From Lobosporangium transversale (lineage: Eukaryota), in the NCBI RefSeq assembly GCF_002105155.1, contig NW_019029001.1, forward strand, positions 372,001-436,000: DNA of 64,000 nt, read 5' to 3'. The position numbers and the translations under genes were made by a program. Below are positions 10,102 to 22,400 of this stretch, piece after piece. Below the pieces are notes generated by a model. It worked only from the letters and a program-made list of their open reading frames with translations. It was not told where the DNA came from and did not search any database. How positions within the stretch are numbered: position 1 is the stretch's first letter; every line of letters starts with the position of its first letter.

Positions 10102-13100
10102 GACTCCCCACGAGAAATCCAAGCCGCCCCTGCGGCGTCAATCTTTGGATTGGGCCTTGAGAGGGAACGTGGTGGTCGCGCAGGAGGGGGCGATGCGGTA
10201 GCTGCGGGCCTTGCTGATGATGATGGGGCCGTTGTACGCGATGAACCTTCGAGGGGTATGGGTTGCACTGCTGTACCTACTTCTGGCTCCGACTGAGGCC
10301 CTCGCTCGTCTTCTTCTTGAATGGTCTCCATGGGGATGGTGAGTTCATCGCGACTGTTGCGGGTTTTATACCATGCGCGCGTCGGTTCTGGACTACCCGC
10401 GGGTAGATTCACTGGTTTCAGACGGTCTTTATGCACAAGGTCCATTTTCGCTTTTCCATCGGGCCAGATAAGCTTGTAGGCGCCAAAAGGGGTAATCGTC
10501 TCGACACGCAATGGTCCATACCAAGGGTATTCAAATTTCCTTTTCGCTATGTTTTTTACTAAAACCCAGTCGCCAATCTCGTACACTTGCCTCGGAGCTT
10601 CGGGGTCGATGTCATGTCTCTCATTATACCTTTCCTCCATGAGCCTTGCGGCTTCCTGTTGCCGCTCCTCGTTTGATAGCCTCTCAAGTTTCAATCTTTC
10701 AAGCTCGGCCTCTCTCGCGGCTTGAACCTCTGTGAAAACCGCTCCATCGAATACATAAGGACGAGTGAGGTCGCCAGGTATCGTGGGCTCGACTCCATAG
10801 ACTAGGTAGAATGGTGACTTCTTAGATACGCTATGTATTCTGGTGCGGCAGGCGAAAAGTGCCTGATCTAGAAAGAGGTCCCACTTGTGCTTCATCTTAT
10901 CACCGACGTATTTTGTTAATGCGGCGCCGAGGATGCCATTAGTGCGTTCGGTTTTGCCATTTGTGCGCGGGTGATACGCGGAGGTGAGCCGGTGTTTAAC
11001 TTTCATCTTCTTAAGATATTCTCGCAGGACCTCTGACATGAACTGACTGCCTCTATCGGAAATCAGCTCTGCGGGGCAACCAAAGTTCATGACAATTTCC
11101 TCATAAATGAAATTTGAGACTGTCTCGGCAGTGGCGTCAGGCGTAGCTTTGGCTATTGTCCAGCTAGTGGCGTAATCTACAGCGACTATTATCCACATGT
11201 TTCCATTCTTAGTCTTGGGACAGCGTCCGATGAAATCGATACCCCAGCGTTGGAAGGGTTTAGCCACCGAGAAAGTGTGGAGAGGTTCGGTGACCGTTGC
11301 TCCTCCGCGAGTCAGCTGGCATTCCTTGCAAGTACGGCATGCTTCTTGAATGCTCTCACGCATACGAGGCCACCAATATCTAGGCTGGATGCGTTCAAAT
11401 AAGCCTTGCGCACCGGGGTGTCCCATACTTTCATGCATTTTGGCCATGTAATCTGCGCGCCGAGCGAAATTTAAAAATTCTACTTGCGTATCACCCATCA
11501 CTCTAAACACTTTCCCGTCTTCCACCACAAAATTATCCTCTTCCTCCCTCATTAAACCTAGGAAGTCCTGGTGTGCGGGGTCAGCGAGGGTGCCCGTTTC
11601 CTTATACTCGACCATTAATAGAGGCCAATCCATATCTTCCAATGTCTCGTCAAACTCTGCCTCTTCCATGGCCATCAATAATGCCTCCTCGAACGCCTCA
11701 ACACCTGCGTCGTGGTTACTCTCTTTTATTCCGAGCTCCCCGTTGGCGAGTTCCATGAAGTTGCAGGTGACGTCCTTGGTATTCTCCTCATTAGGCCTAG
11801 AAAGAGCATCGGCAACAGGGTTATCCTTGCCCGGACGATAGATGATAACATGATCTTGTTGCTCCATGTGTTGGCTCCATCCCGCCATGCGTCTGCTCAT
11901 GCCTTTTTGTCGTTTTAAGAACACCAAACTGTGATTGTCGGTCAAGATGTTGACTGTTCTGCCCTGGATATAAGTACGCCATTCGTCGCAAGCGCGCACA
12001 ATTGCATACAATTCGCGCTCATGTGTTGGCCATTTCTGCTGACCCTCATCTAATTTCCTCGACATGAAAGCGATAGGGTGCATTTCCTTCCGGCCGTTTG
12101 AACCAAAGTCCTGACTCAGGACGGCACCAATGGCAGTGAGGGACGCATCAGTCTCGATGAAAAAGGGGCGAGAAAAATCGGCAAGGCGTAGAACGGGAGC
12201 TGAGGCGAGGGCTTGCTTGAGGTCGTCGAAGGCAGCTTGTTCTCTCTCGCCCCACGGCGAGGGGAGAGGTCTGGTCTTGATTTTGTTGTTGTCTTTTTCT
12301 TTTGTGAGATCTGTGAGGGGAGCGGCCCGAGAGGCATAATTTTTAATAAATTTGCGGTAGTAGCCAGCCATACCTAAAAATCGACGAACCTCTTGAACAT
12401 TGGTGGGCGCCGTCAATGATTGGATGCTTTCTGTCTTTGAGGGGTCGACTTTCAAGCCTTCACCGCTCACAACGTGGCCTAAGAAGAGGAGTTCAGGCTT
12501 GCCGAATTCGCATTTGGACATCTTGACCTTGAGTTGATATTTCGCCAGACGTTCAAGTACCCAACGCAAATGTTCCTTATGGTCCTCAGGGTTGCGACTG
12601 AATACTAGGATATCATCCATGAAGACTAAACAAAATTTATCTAGACCGCCTTGCAGAACTTCATTCATCATCCCCTGGAAGGACGCAGGTGCGTTAATCA
12701 AACCAAAAGGCATCACCAAATATTCAGAGTGACCATAGCGGGTACCAAAAGCGGTCTTTTCCACGTCGCTGGGGTTGACTCGAATCTGATTGAAGCCTGA
12801 TTGCAAATCGAGTTTAGAAAACTCGGTTGCACCTGAGAGTCGGTCGAAGAATTCATCAATGAGTGGCAGAGGGTACTTATTCTTGACGGTAATTGCATTG
12901 AGCGCGCGGTAGTCTACACACAGACGGAGGCTTCCGTCTTTCTTCCTAGCGAATACAACGGGCGCTGACCAAGGGGAAATACTGGGCCGAATGAAGCCTT
13001 TCTTCTGCAGCTCTTCTAATTGCTCCTTTAATGCATCCAGTTCCTCAGGCGACATCCTCCGCACCGGCATGGCGATAGGGAGGGCCGAGCCAGTCTCGAT

Positions 13101-13890
13101 GCGATGATCAACGTGACGGTGTGGGGGAAGTTTGTTCAAGTCGGCGAAGACGGAGTCTGCGAATTCCTCTATCAGCGCGCGGTATCTCTCTGGGACCTTT
13201 TCTGCTCCCTCACCGGCGGCGTCAACGGAATTGACCACTAACTCTACTTCGTCCCCACTGATAAAGCAAACTCCATAATCCTCTGTAGTATTCAGGATCT
13301 TCTTGAAATGCTTCACTCCGACGAGGCGAACGTCTGTACGGTTCTTGGCCTCATGCTCTGCAGAGGTTGAGATCAGATGATCTTTTTCTTTTTCTGTAGA
13401 TTCCCCATTTTTTGTCTCCTCATTTGCTTTCACCATTTCTACTTGCTCCATTCCATCGCTCTTCACATTTCCCATTGTTGCTTCCTCGCCCTCTCTTACT
13501 GTCGTATTCCACAGTTCGTCTGTGCCTGCCACTGTCTCTGCGACACTTTCTATGACGTCTCCTTCCATTGTCCTTTCTGCAGTTTCCTTAACGCTCTTAT
13601 TGTCGCTCGCCCCGGTAGATTCAATATTTGAAGCCAGCTGGCCATTATTTTCCTCCCTTACGCTGCGTATCGCCTGCCAACCTTTTCGACCTTGCCATTT
13701 GTATATTCCAGTACGCCAATTTACCTGCGGGTTCCACTTTCGCAGCCAGGGTTGCCCTAGGATGATATCGTATCTCAAATTATCAACGACGACTCCCGTT
13801 TCTCTCATTACCTCGTCGCCCATACTGAGAGCAAGAGTAGCCGTGGTTGACGAGACAGAGCTTTGGCCACGAGCCATCAGGATCCTGACT
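9984..13890 (-). CDS. Element A pol (rest of protease, RT, RNase H, integrase; no chromodomain), now inverted relative to its gag
   Basis: RT LRLCVDYRALN, YLVMPFGLINAP, FMDDILV; RNase H ETDASLTAIGAVL; integrase HHCC, WGIDFIG, LISDRGSQF, NGKTER; GPY/F-like YGPLRV; then a Pro/Ser-rich tail reading into the LTR. Confidence 0.93.
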
Positions 13891-13895
13891 GGTTT

Positions 13896-14433
13896 TGTCA
13901 CGAACAGCAAGCAATGTCTAGCTCATGAATTGATGAATGACTTTTGTCTGATTCGAATCTGAAAAAGATCACGTGTGCTTGATTAGTTTGTTCCGCTCAT
14001 TTCCTTCACTCATTCCTCCATGCATAGTTTGCCTGTCAAGCCAAGTCGCGTCTCCTAGTTTTCTAGCTCCGTGAATAGCTCCAAGGATTCTAGAAGCGCT
14101 ATAAACCAATAACCAAGGCTTATAGTGCCAAGGAACCTTGAAATAAGATTGCACCAGATATCTTCCTCGGATCCTGTGTATTAAGTTAACTCAACACTTG
14201 AAGTTCCGCATATGGTAAAAGTCCTTAGGAAATATTTGAGTAAGCTTTATTTAGAGTTCTTGAAGCGCGTCTCCGCTTCAGTCAAACAAGTATAAATATG
14301 ATAGATTTGTAGCATAGTAAACCTCAGTCTGCAATAAAAACTATTCGTGAATCCATTCTAGTTCTCAGCTCATTATCATTCTTGTTATTCATTCACTTAC
14401 CTTTCCTTGCAAACCCTTTGTCAGTCCTTGACA
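13896..14433 (+). mobile_element. Solo LTR of family B (copy B2, 538 bp)
   Basis: TGTCACG...TTGACA. One visible difference from B1, and inverted relative to it. Confidence 0.95.
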
Positions 14434-17392
14434 GATCCGACCAGTGGAAAAGAATGAATCGGTACGGATTCTTGGTGTTTGGGTCACAGCAACAGGAAAT
14501 CCAACAGCAACACAGCAAATAGTGGAGCAGGAAATAGAAACGACCTGTAACATTCTCCGGTCCAAAGCCCTGACAGATCGGCAGACAACGTATATTGTCA
14601 ATAATGTGCTCATCCCAAATGTGCTGTATAGAATTTCGGCCCAAATGTTGCCACCAACGTTCCTACAGAAGATGACTGGTAAGTATATGTCACTGTGTAA
14701 GCGGAAAGCACGTATGCCATCAACTACGGCAAACAGCATTATGAACCACAATAGATTGTATGCCATCAAAGACTTGGCGAACGCTCAAGCGGAAGAACAA
14801 ATATCTACCCTGGCGCTTCGACTTAATGACAGCAATGTAATGGGACGGATATGTCGGACACGAGTACTGATGCTGCAGCACAGGAATAAGATGGAAGTCT
14901 CGCCAACCTTGGAGCCACATCGTGTCAAAAAGTATCGCCACAACTTTATATCGAATGTTTGTGAAGAAATGAAGAATCGTAACATTACTTTCGACCTATC
15001 GATCGCAGCCGAATTTGGTCTCCCACACAACGCTCTCTCGACATGGAAATGGCTAAACGGAGAATTACCACACGTATGGAAGGCGCTCACCAAGCGTATG
15101 GTATACTTTGTGGATCAAATACTTACGGATGATAAGGAGGACATGATCTCATGGCACGCATTCAGGACCCGTTACGGAGGGCCTAAAGTTTCGCCATTCT
15201 GGTTCAACCAACTTCAAAACTTTTGCTTCGACAACGATTATGTGGGTAGGCATGCAAGAGAATGGAACAGAAGGAAACTGGCACTCTTAGACGTCAGTGA
15301 TGATGACAGCAACAGCGACAGTAGTTATGTCAGCTCGGTAGACGGGGATACAGAAGACGAAGATCGAGAAGCGATTCGTGCACTCAACCAATTCATAAAG
15401 GATGAGGCAGCGAACAGAACTTTGACAGTATCACCGGCTAATCAAGCTGTTGAGCCACCAATTGGAATTAAGTGGATTCTAGATCAACAGAAGGAGCGGA
15501 AAAAGAGACGAGAAGCTGTTATGAAAGAGGCGCGCAGAGCAACCAGAGAACATAATCTTAGGCGACAAAGAGCAAAGTTAGATGCCATAGTCAGAAGAGC
15601 AGAACGCCACCAGGACCGAGAGCGAAGGCATGGTGAACGCATGCGAGCCCGCGAAGAAGCGAGGAGACGCCGGACCCAGAACACAAGGAGATATGAGGGT
15701 CTGAGCGAGCAAGCTCTGCTAAGGAGAGCAAAAGTCGACCTGGATTCCAACGAGACACCGTGCCTAAAAGTGATCCCTGAAGTCAACAGAGGCCTAGCCA
15801 GGGACACAAATGGAGTTATCATTAGTGCCATACTGAGGAGAAAATCCAACGCCAAAGGGAACGGTACAATATCCAGCCGGGTAATGTCATTTATACGGAT
15901 GGATCTCTCAAAGATATTGGCACTGAAAGAGTAAGTATGGCATTTGGTGTGGTAGTCCAGACACAAGAGGGTGAGTTTTACACTGCGCTATCTGGTAGAG
16001 TAGCAGGCAACGCATCCTCGACAAAGGCAGAGCTAGCTGGTTTGTTGGCAGGAATACTTATCAGCCCACGAAACAGACCTATGACAATCCGACTTGATAA
16101 CAGCGCAGTTGTGACTCAATTCCGAGCATTGGTCCGAGGCAGAGTGGATAGCATGTTGCGACAACGTATTAGATCACCGTATGCAGTATGGTGGACAGCT
16201 ATACACAACGCATTTATTCAACAAGGATCGGAAGTCACGGTCGAGTGGGTCAAAGGACATGTCGGCAACCGAGGGAACGAAGAAGCGGACGAAGCAGCAA
16301 AACATGGACATTATGGCGAGCTATGGGATATCAACATAACGGAGCATAATGACATGTACTGCCATGCAAAGTTCAACGGTGTACCAGCGGAAGATGACTT
16401 AAGGCAGATCCTTAAGTTACAGTCAACAACTCGTACACATCACACTTGGATCGCCCAGAACAGGACGCAGGAGCATGTTAAGGATTGGACAAAAATTGAT
16501 TGGCGAGCTACTATGAACATTGTTCATGATAGCAACCTACCGAAAGGACTCTTCACCAGCCCAGCGGACTGCCAAAAGCGAGCGCACAGGGTCAAGAAAC
16601 TCCATGGAATGTTGCCTACACAGTCATATATGAGACACTGGAGGCCAGACCTTTATGAAGACGGCAACTGCAGAGTGTGTGGGACAGAGGATGAAGACAC
16701 ATCGCACATCTGGAGATGTCCAAGGACGATGGAGACTCAGGCCGAGAAGTGGAAGGAGATAATCCAAAATGTGAATGTGATAGGGGAGAGGACATGGAGG
16801 AAAGAGTTGAAAGCAGTGCAGGAGCAAGCACAAAGGGCCAGAGAGAGAGGTGTAGACCCACCAAGGACAAAAGAGCCAACTTTTACTGCGGCAGAGGAGG
16901 ACTACATTTGGAAAACTCTAGAGATGCATATCGATGGTGTGCGAGAGGTACGACGCCATGGTGATAGGAACGGCGATGATGAGGAAGAGAGAGCACACAC
17001 CAGATTGGTCTGTGCAGGACATTTACCATGGGCTTACGCCCAAGTCCATTGCTCAGAGTTGGAAAGTTGGCTTCAAGACAACAACAAGGATAGCTACATA
17101 TATGGCAGGGCGCTTCGTCAAGGCCATAGAGGAATTCGGTCGTACAGAAATCTGGAACAAACGGTGTAAAGTCACCGTTGAATGGGAAAAGGCTCGTGGA
17201 ATCACTGCTATGAGCAAACGCGCCAGAGGACGAAACTGTGTTGGGGAGCACAGACGTAGTAGCAATGATTTCCTTGTCCCTTCCCTCAGACAAAGACAGA
17301 AGCTGAATGTAAAAGAGATCTACAAGATCGCGGATGACCGAGTCCGGGACAGTTACTTTGGGAATGAAAAATATTTTGCGGATAGATCGTAA
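14434..17392 (+). pseudogene. LINE ORF2 3' part (RT thumb, RNase H, CCHC finger) with two frameshifts; RT core absent
   Basis: Thumb-like VRILGVW. RNase H YTDGS (~15892) ... SSTKAELAGLL ... IRLDNSAV ... WVKGHVGNRGNEEADEAAK. Zinc finger CRVCGTEDEDTSHIWRC. Frameshifts at ~15826-15890 and ~17000. Confidence 0.85.
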
Positions 17393-18331
17393 CAGTAGAA
17401 AAAAGTTAGTGAGAATAAGATGTGGGTCCACACACCACACCCATGGATTCTTTATTCATTTCTGGTAGAGGGGCTTGTACCAGATAACTACATATCTATC
17501 TATAAGACAGCATGGGTTCTCATGTCAAAGATTTGTCGCGTCTTAGTGTGACGCTTTATTGCCACTAGTTTCTACTGCTAGTTTTATTTTTTATCGTACT
17601 ATTTCAGTTGAAATTTCTCTAGTGTGTTTTTTTTTAAGATCTTCCTCGTTTTTTAGTCGGACCATTATTATATTGCATATTGAAATATGCAACAGGGAAA
17701 ACCAAACTGGATGTCACGAACAGCAAGCAATGTCTAGCTCATGAATTGATGAATGACTTTTGTCTGATTCGAATCTGAAAAAGATCACGTGTGCTTGATT
17801 AATTTGTTCCGCTCATTTCCTTCACTCATTCCTCCATGCATAGTTTGCCTGTCAAGCCAAGTCGCGTCTCCTAGTTTTCTAGCTCCGTGAATAGCTCCAA
17901 GGATTCTAGAAGAGCTATAAACCAATAACCAAGGCTTATAGTGCCAAGGAACCTTGAAATAAGATTGCACCAGATATCTTCCTCGGATCCTGTGTATTAA
18001 GTTAACTCAACACTTGAAGTTCCGCATATGGTAAAAGTCCTTAGGAAATATTTGAGTAAGCTTTATTTAGAGTTCTTGAAGCGCGTCTCCGCTTCAGTCA
18101 AACAAGTATAAATATGATAGATCTGTAACATAGTAAACCTCAGTCTGCAATAAAACTATTCGTGAATCCATTCTAGTTCTCAGCTCATTATCATTCTTGT
18201 TATTCATTCACTTACCTTTCCTTGCAAACCCTTTGTCAGTCCTTGACATTGCAGACTCCACAAATTCTTGTTCTGCCCACTCTTATCCTAAGCAAGTTAT
18301 ATTTTTCCCTTGTTAACCCAATCTCACAATC

Positions 18332-19486
18332 ATGTCCCAGAACCCCCATCCTGAAATCTATACACCACGAGCCCTAGAAGAACTTGCCCAAGATCCTAAT
18401 GTAGACCCCCGTCAAGTCTTGGCTCATCTCCAGTCCCATGCTGAAGCCGTTAGCGGAATGCAGCAGCAAATCCAGAATATCCGAGATGTAGTGAACCAAC
18501 AGCACGCCCAACTGAACAGTAATCCTGACCCCGCAGGGCTAATCACCCTACGTAGCGCCATCGAGACCCTTGCATCCCAGCATCAAGAACAGAGAAATAT
18601 GCAGCGCTCCTTCGAAAGAGATATGCAGTCTATTCTGAGCCGACTTGCAAATCGAGCCACAGCTCCTACGCCACGTACTGCTATCCCGCAACCCCTCACT
18701 ACCAAGTTTAAGGGAAACAGCGATGAGCTGTCCCTCTCGGATTTTCGTGCTCGTCTACAAATTGTCTTCGCACGTTTTCCTGACGCCCTATCCAACGACG
18801 AAGAAAAGATTAACTACTCCCTGCAGTGCCTAGATGGTGACGCATCTCGGCACTTTGCTCCGTACATCAATGGAGAAATCGAAGATGACTCCGGAGTCCT
18901 GACTTCCTACGAAGTATTTATCGAGACATTAGAAGAATTTTTCGGAGACCATCTCGAGCAGGAAGATGTTGAACATCAACTATCCTGCATCCGTCAATCC
19001 GGTTCGATGATCAAATATGTAACAGAGTTTCGCCGCCTCGCCGCCCGCAGTGGCTGGAACGACCGAGCCCTCAAGGCCCGTTTCAAGAAAGGTCTATCAA
19101 GTGAAATCCATGGCCTGCTCTTGCCACAGTGGTCTAAGTTCAAGACCGTACATGAGGTGCAGACCGCGGCAATCGACGCCTATAGAAATCTGTCATCACA
19201 TCGTCGCCAGCGGCCCCGCTTCGAGTCTTTCAAGCATCAGACACCACCAGCCCGACGTCCCCCACCAGTGAGCACCACTACTCCGGCCCCAGCGGCTCCA
19301 TCTATGGCAATGGATGTAGATGCCATGCGTGCCCGACGTCTCACACCCGAAGAGAAAAAGCGCCGCAGAGATATGGGTCTTTGCCTGTATTGCGGTGGCG
19401 CTAACCACATCGCCTTGAATTGCCCTACCAAGAAGACAATCCATGCATCCGTTCTAGAAGCCGAGTCGGGAAACGAATCTGCCTAG
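18332..19486 (+). CDS. Element B gag
   Basis: Retrotrans-gag region, AMDVD motif, knuckle CLYCGGANHIALNC. Ends ESGNESA over the slippery site GGGAAAC. Confidence 0.92.
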   Translation: MSQNPHPEIYTPRALEELAQDPNVDPRQVLAHLQSHAEAVSGMQQQIQNIRDVVNQQHAQLNSNPDPAGLITLRSAIETLASQHQEQRNMQRSFERDMQSILSRLANRATAPTPRTAIPQPLTTKFKGNSDELSLSDFRARLQIVFARFPDALSNDEEKINYSLQCLDGDASRHFAPYINGEIEDDSGVLTSYEVFIETLEEFFGDHLEQEDVEHQLSCIRQSGSMIKYVTEFRRLAARSGWNDRALKARFKKGLSSEIHGLLLPQWSKFKTVHEVQTAAIDAYRNLSSHRRQRPRFESFKHQTPPARRPPPVSTTTPAPAAPSMAMDVDAMRARRLTPEEKKRRRDMGLCLYCGGANHIALNCPTKKTIHASVLEAESGNESA

Positions 19487-22400
19487 GCTCCGACGAGGAA
19501 TGGATCCTAGGAAATATGCTCACTACTTCCTCGCCCTCAAGACCTAGAATCTGCCTCTTAGTTAATATAACCTTGTCCCTGCCTAGTCAGCCCCCTGTCC
19601 AAACCAAAGCTCTCATCGACTCTGGGGCGCAAGCTTCTTTCATCGATGTGAGCCTCGTCACGAAACATAACCTCATCACTGTCCCCTTGTCCACTCCCCT
19701 TCGTCTCAACATGGCTGATGGTCAGGCCAGCCTTCACGGCCTTGTCACTCACCATGCCCCTGTCTCCCTAGCCATAGAAAATCATCGTGAAAATTTGTCA
19801 TTGAACGTCACTAGTATCCAGCACCCAGTCATCCTTGGTATCGATTGGCTTGAAAAGCACAACCCTGCCATAAACTGGAAAAGGCGACTAGTTTCTTTCT
19901 CTGATGACTTCTGCAATAAAACCTGTTTTGAACAGTATCCTGTCGTGTCTTGTGAAACAATCTTGTCTAGCTTTCTTGCTTCCAGTTTCGTCCCTAGTCT
20001 TGCTCCTAGTCTTGATCTTGAAAATAATATATCTGTTAATGATTATTATCTCTGTCAATTACTCTCAGAATACCTTGAGGACCTATGTCCTACCCAGTCC
20101 TTGATCTCTGTTCCTGACCTCTCTTGTTTCTCTCTATCCCTGAATTCCAGCACTTCTGAGCCTTGCCCTGTAACACTCTCTGAATCTTTGCCCCCAACCT
20201 ATTCTGAGTTCACATCACTTTTCAAAGAGAAAGAACTTGGAACTCTGCCTCCTCATAGACCCTTTGACCATGCTATCTCTCTTGAGCCTGATTCCAAAAT
20301 TCCATTTGGCCCCTTGTATACTTTGTCACATACTGAGCTCGAAGCCCTTAAAGAATACCTTGATGATAATCTGAAAAGAGGATTTATCCGACGGTCAGAA
20401 TCCCCAGCCGGCGCTCCTGTCCTATTTGTTCCAAAAAAAGATGGCAAACTCAGACTTTGTGTAGATTATCGAGCCCTCAATAAAATAACAATCAAGAACC
20501 GCTGCCCCCTGCCCTTAATATCAGAGACCTTGGACCGACTACGGTTAGCACTCATCTTCACCAAGTTAGACCTCAAGGGCGCTTACAATCTTGTTCGTAT
20601 AGCTAAGGGTGACGAATGGAAAACCGCCTTTCGCACTCGGTATGGCCATTTCGAGTACCTTGTGATGCCTTTCGGGCTCACCAATGCCCCAGCCACCTTC
20701 CAAGCCTTTCTCAACGAGGTCCTTCGTAGCTGCCTTGATACCTTCGTCGTCATCTATTTGGACGATATCCTGATTTATTCCAACAACGAGGAGGAACACG
20801 TCCACCATGTGCGTAAGGTCTTGCAATTACTTATGGATGCTGACCTCCAAGTCAATTTGGAAAAATGCCAGTTTCATGTTACCACCGTTGAGTTTCTCGG
20901 TTACGTGATCTCTCCTACTGGCATCTCCATGGACCCTGCCAAGGTTAAGGCTATCACATCATGGCCTACCCCTGCATCTGTGCGCGACATCCAAGTGTTC
21001 TTGGGCTTTGCCAACTTCTATCGTCGCTTCATCAAGAATTTCTCCAATGTAGTTTCGCCTATCACAAGCCTCCTTAAAAAAGATGTGCCCTTTGTCTGGG
21101 GTCCTCCTGCTCAAAAGGCTTTTGACGAGCTTCGAAGGGTTTTCACAACCGAACCAGTCCTGTCTCACTACAACCCAGAAAAACCATGCTTTCTCGAGCC
21201 CGATGCTTCAAAGCACGCTTTGGGCGCTGTCTGTAGCCAGGCGGACGACAAAGGAGTGTTGCGGCCTCTTGCCTACTATTCTCGCTCTCTGACACCCCCT
21301 GAGCGAAACTACCATGTCCATGATACTGAACTCCTAGCCGCTGTAGAGGGTCTGGAACAATTCCGCCACTACTTCGCGTACTCTCAGTTCCCTGCCACCA
21401 TCCTAACTGATCATAAGAACCTCGAGTACTTTTCTGAAAAACGTTCCCTAAGTTCTCGTCAAGTACGCTACGCCGAACGTCTATCCAAGTTCAAGTTCCG
21501 CGTGGTCTATCGCCCTGGCATTCTCAATGGTGCTGCTGATGCCCTCTCTCGCATGCACCCTCCTGAAGGGGGGGAAGACGCTGTCCATGACGCGATCCTG
21601 CCCAAACTAGAACCATGGGATACAAAATTATTAGCCGTAGCCACACATCAAGAATCAAGCAGTAACGACATCACTGCAAGAATCAAAGAATCCTACCCTC
21701 AAGACGAAACAACAGCTGCTATATTCCACAGCCTACACCAGAAGCCAGAGTCCTACCCAGAGCATGCTATCGAGGATGGTCTGCTATACCATAAGGGCCG
21801 CATCGTCGTGCCCGCCAATGACCGCATCAAGCTGGATATCCTTCGTCACTGTCATGACACCATCATCACGGGTCACTTTGGAGTTCATAAGACCTTCGAG
21901 CTTGTAGCACGAACCTATCATTGGCCAAAGATGCGTCAGTTCGTCAAGAAGTTTATCCTTACATGTGACATTTGTCAGCGCAATAAGACCACTCACCACA
22001 AGCCATATGGCTTATTGCAATCCTTGCCTGTACCCGAGACACCATGGTCCTCCATTTCCATGGACTTTATCACTCAACTGCCACCCTCTGAGGACAAGAC
22101 TGCTATCCTAGTTGTCGTAGACAGATTCACCAAGATGGCGCACTTTATCCCATCAACAGACAATATCGACGCCGCAGGATTAGCCACTTTGTTCCTACAT
22201 CGTATCGTAGCTGTCCATGGTCTCCCGGATGATATCATCACTGACCGTGGATCCCTGTTCACCGCACAATTCACTCGAGACTTCCTTCAGGGCCTAGGTG
22301 TGACTCAGAATCTTGCTACAGCATTCCATCAACAGACTGATGGTCAAACCGAAAGGACAAATGCTACTCTGGAACAATATCTACGTTGCTTTCTAAATTA

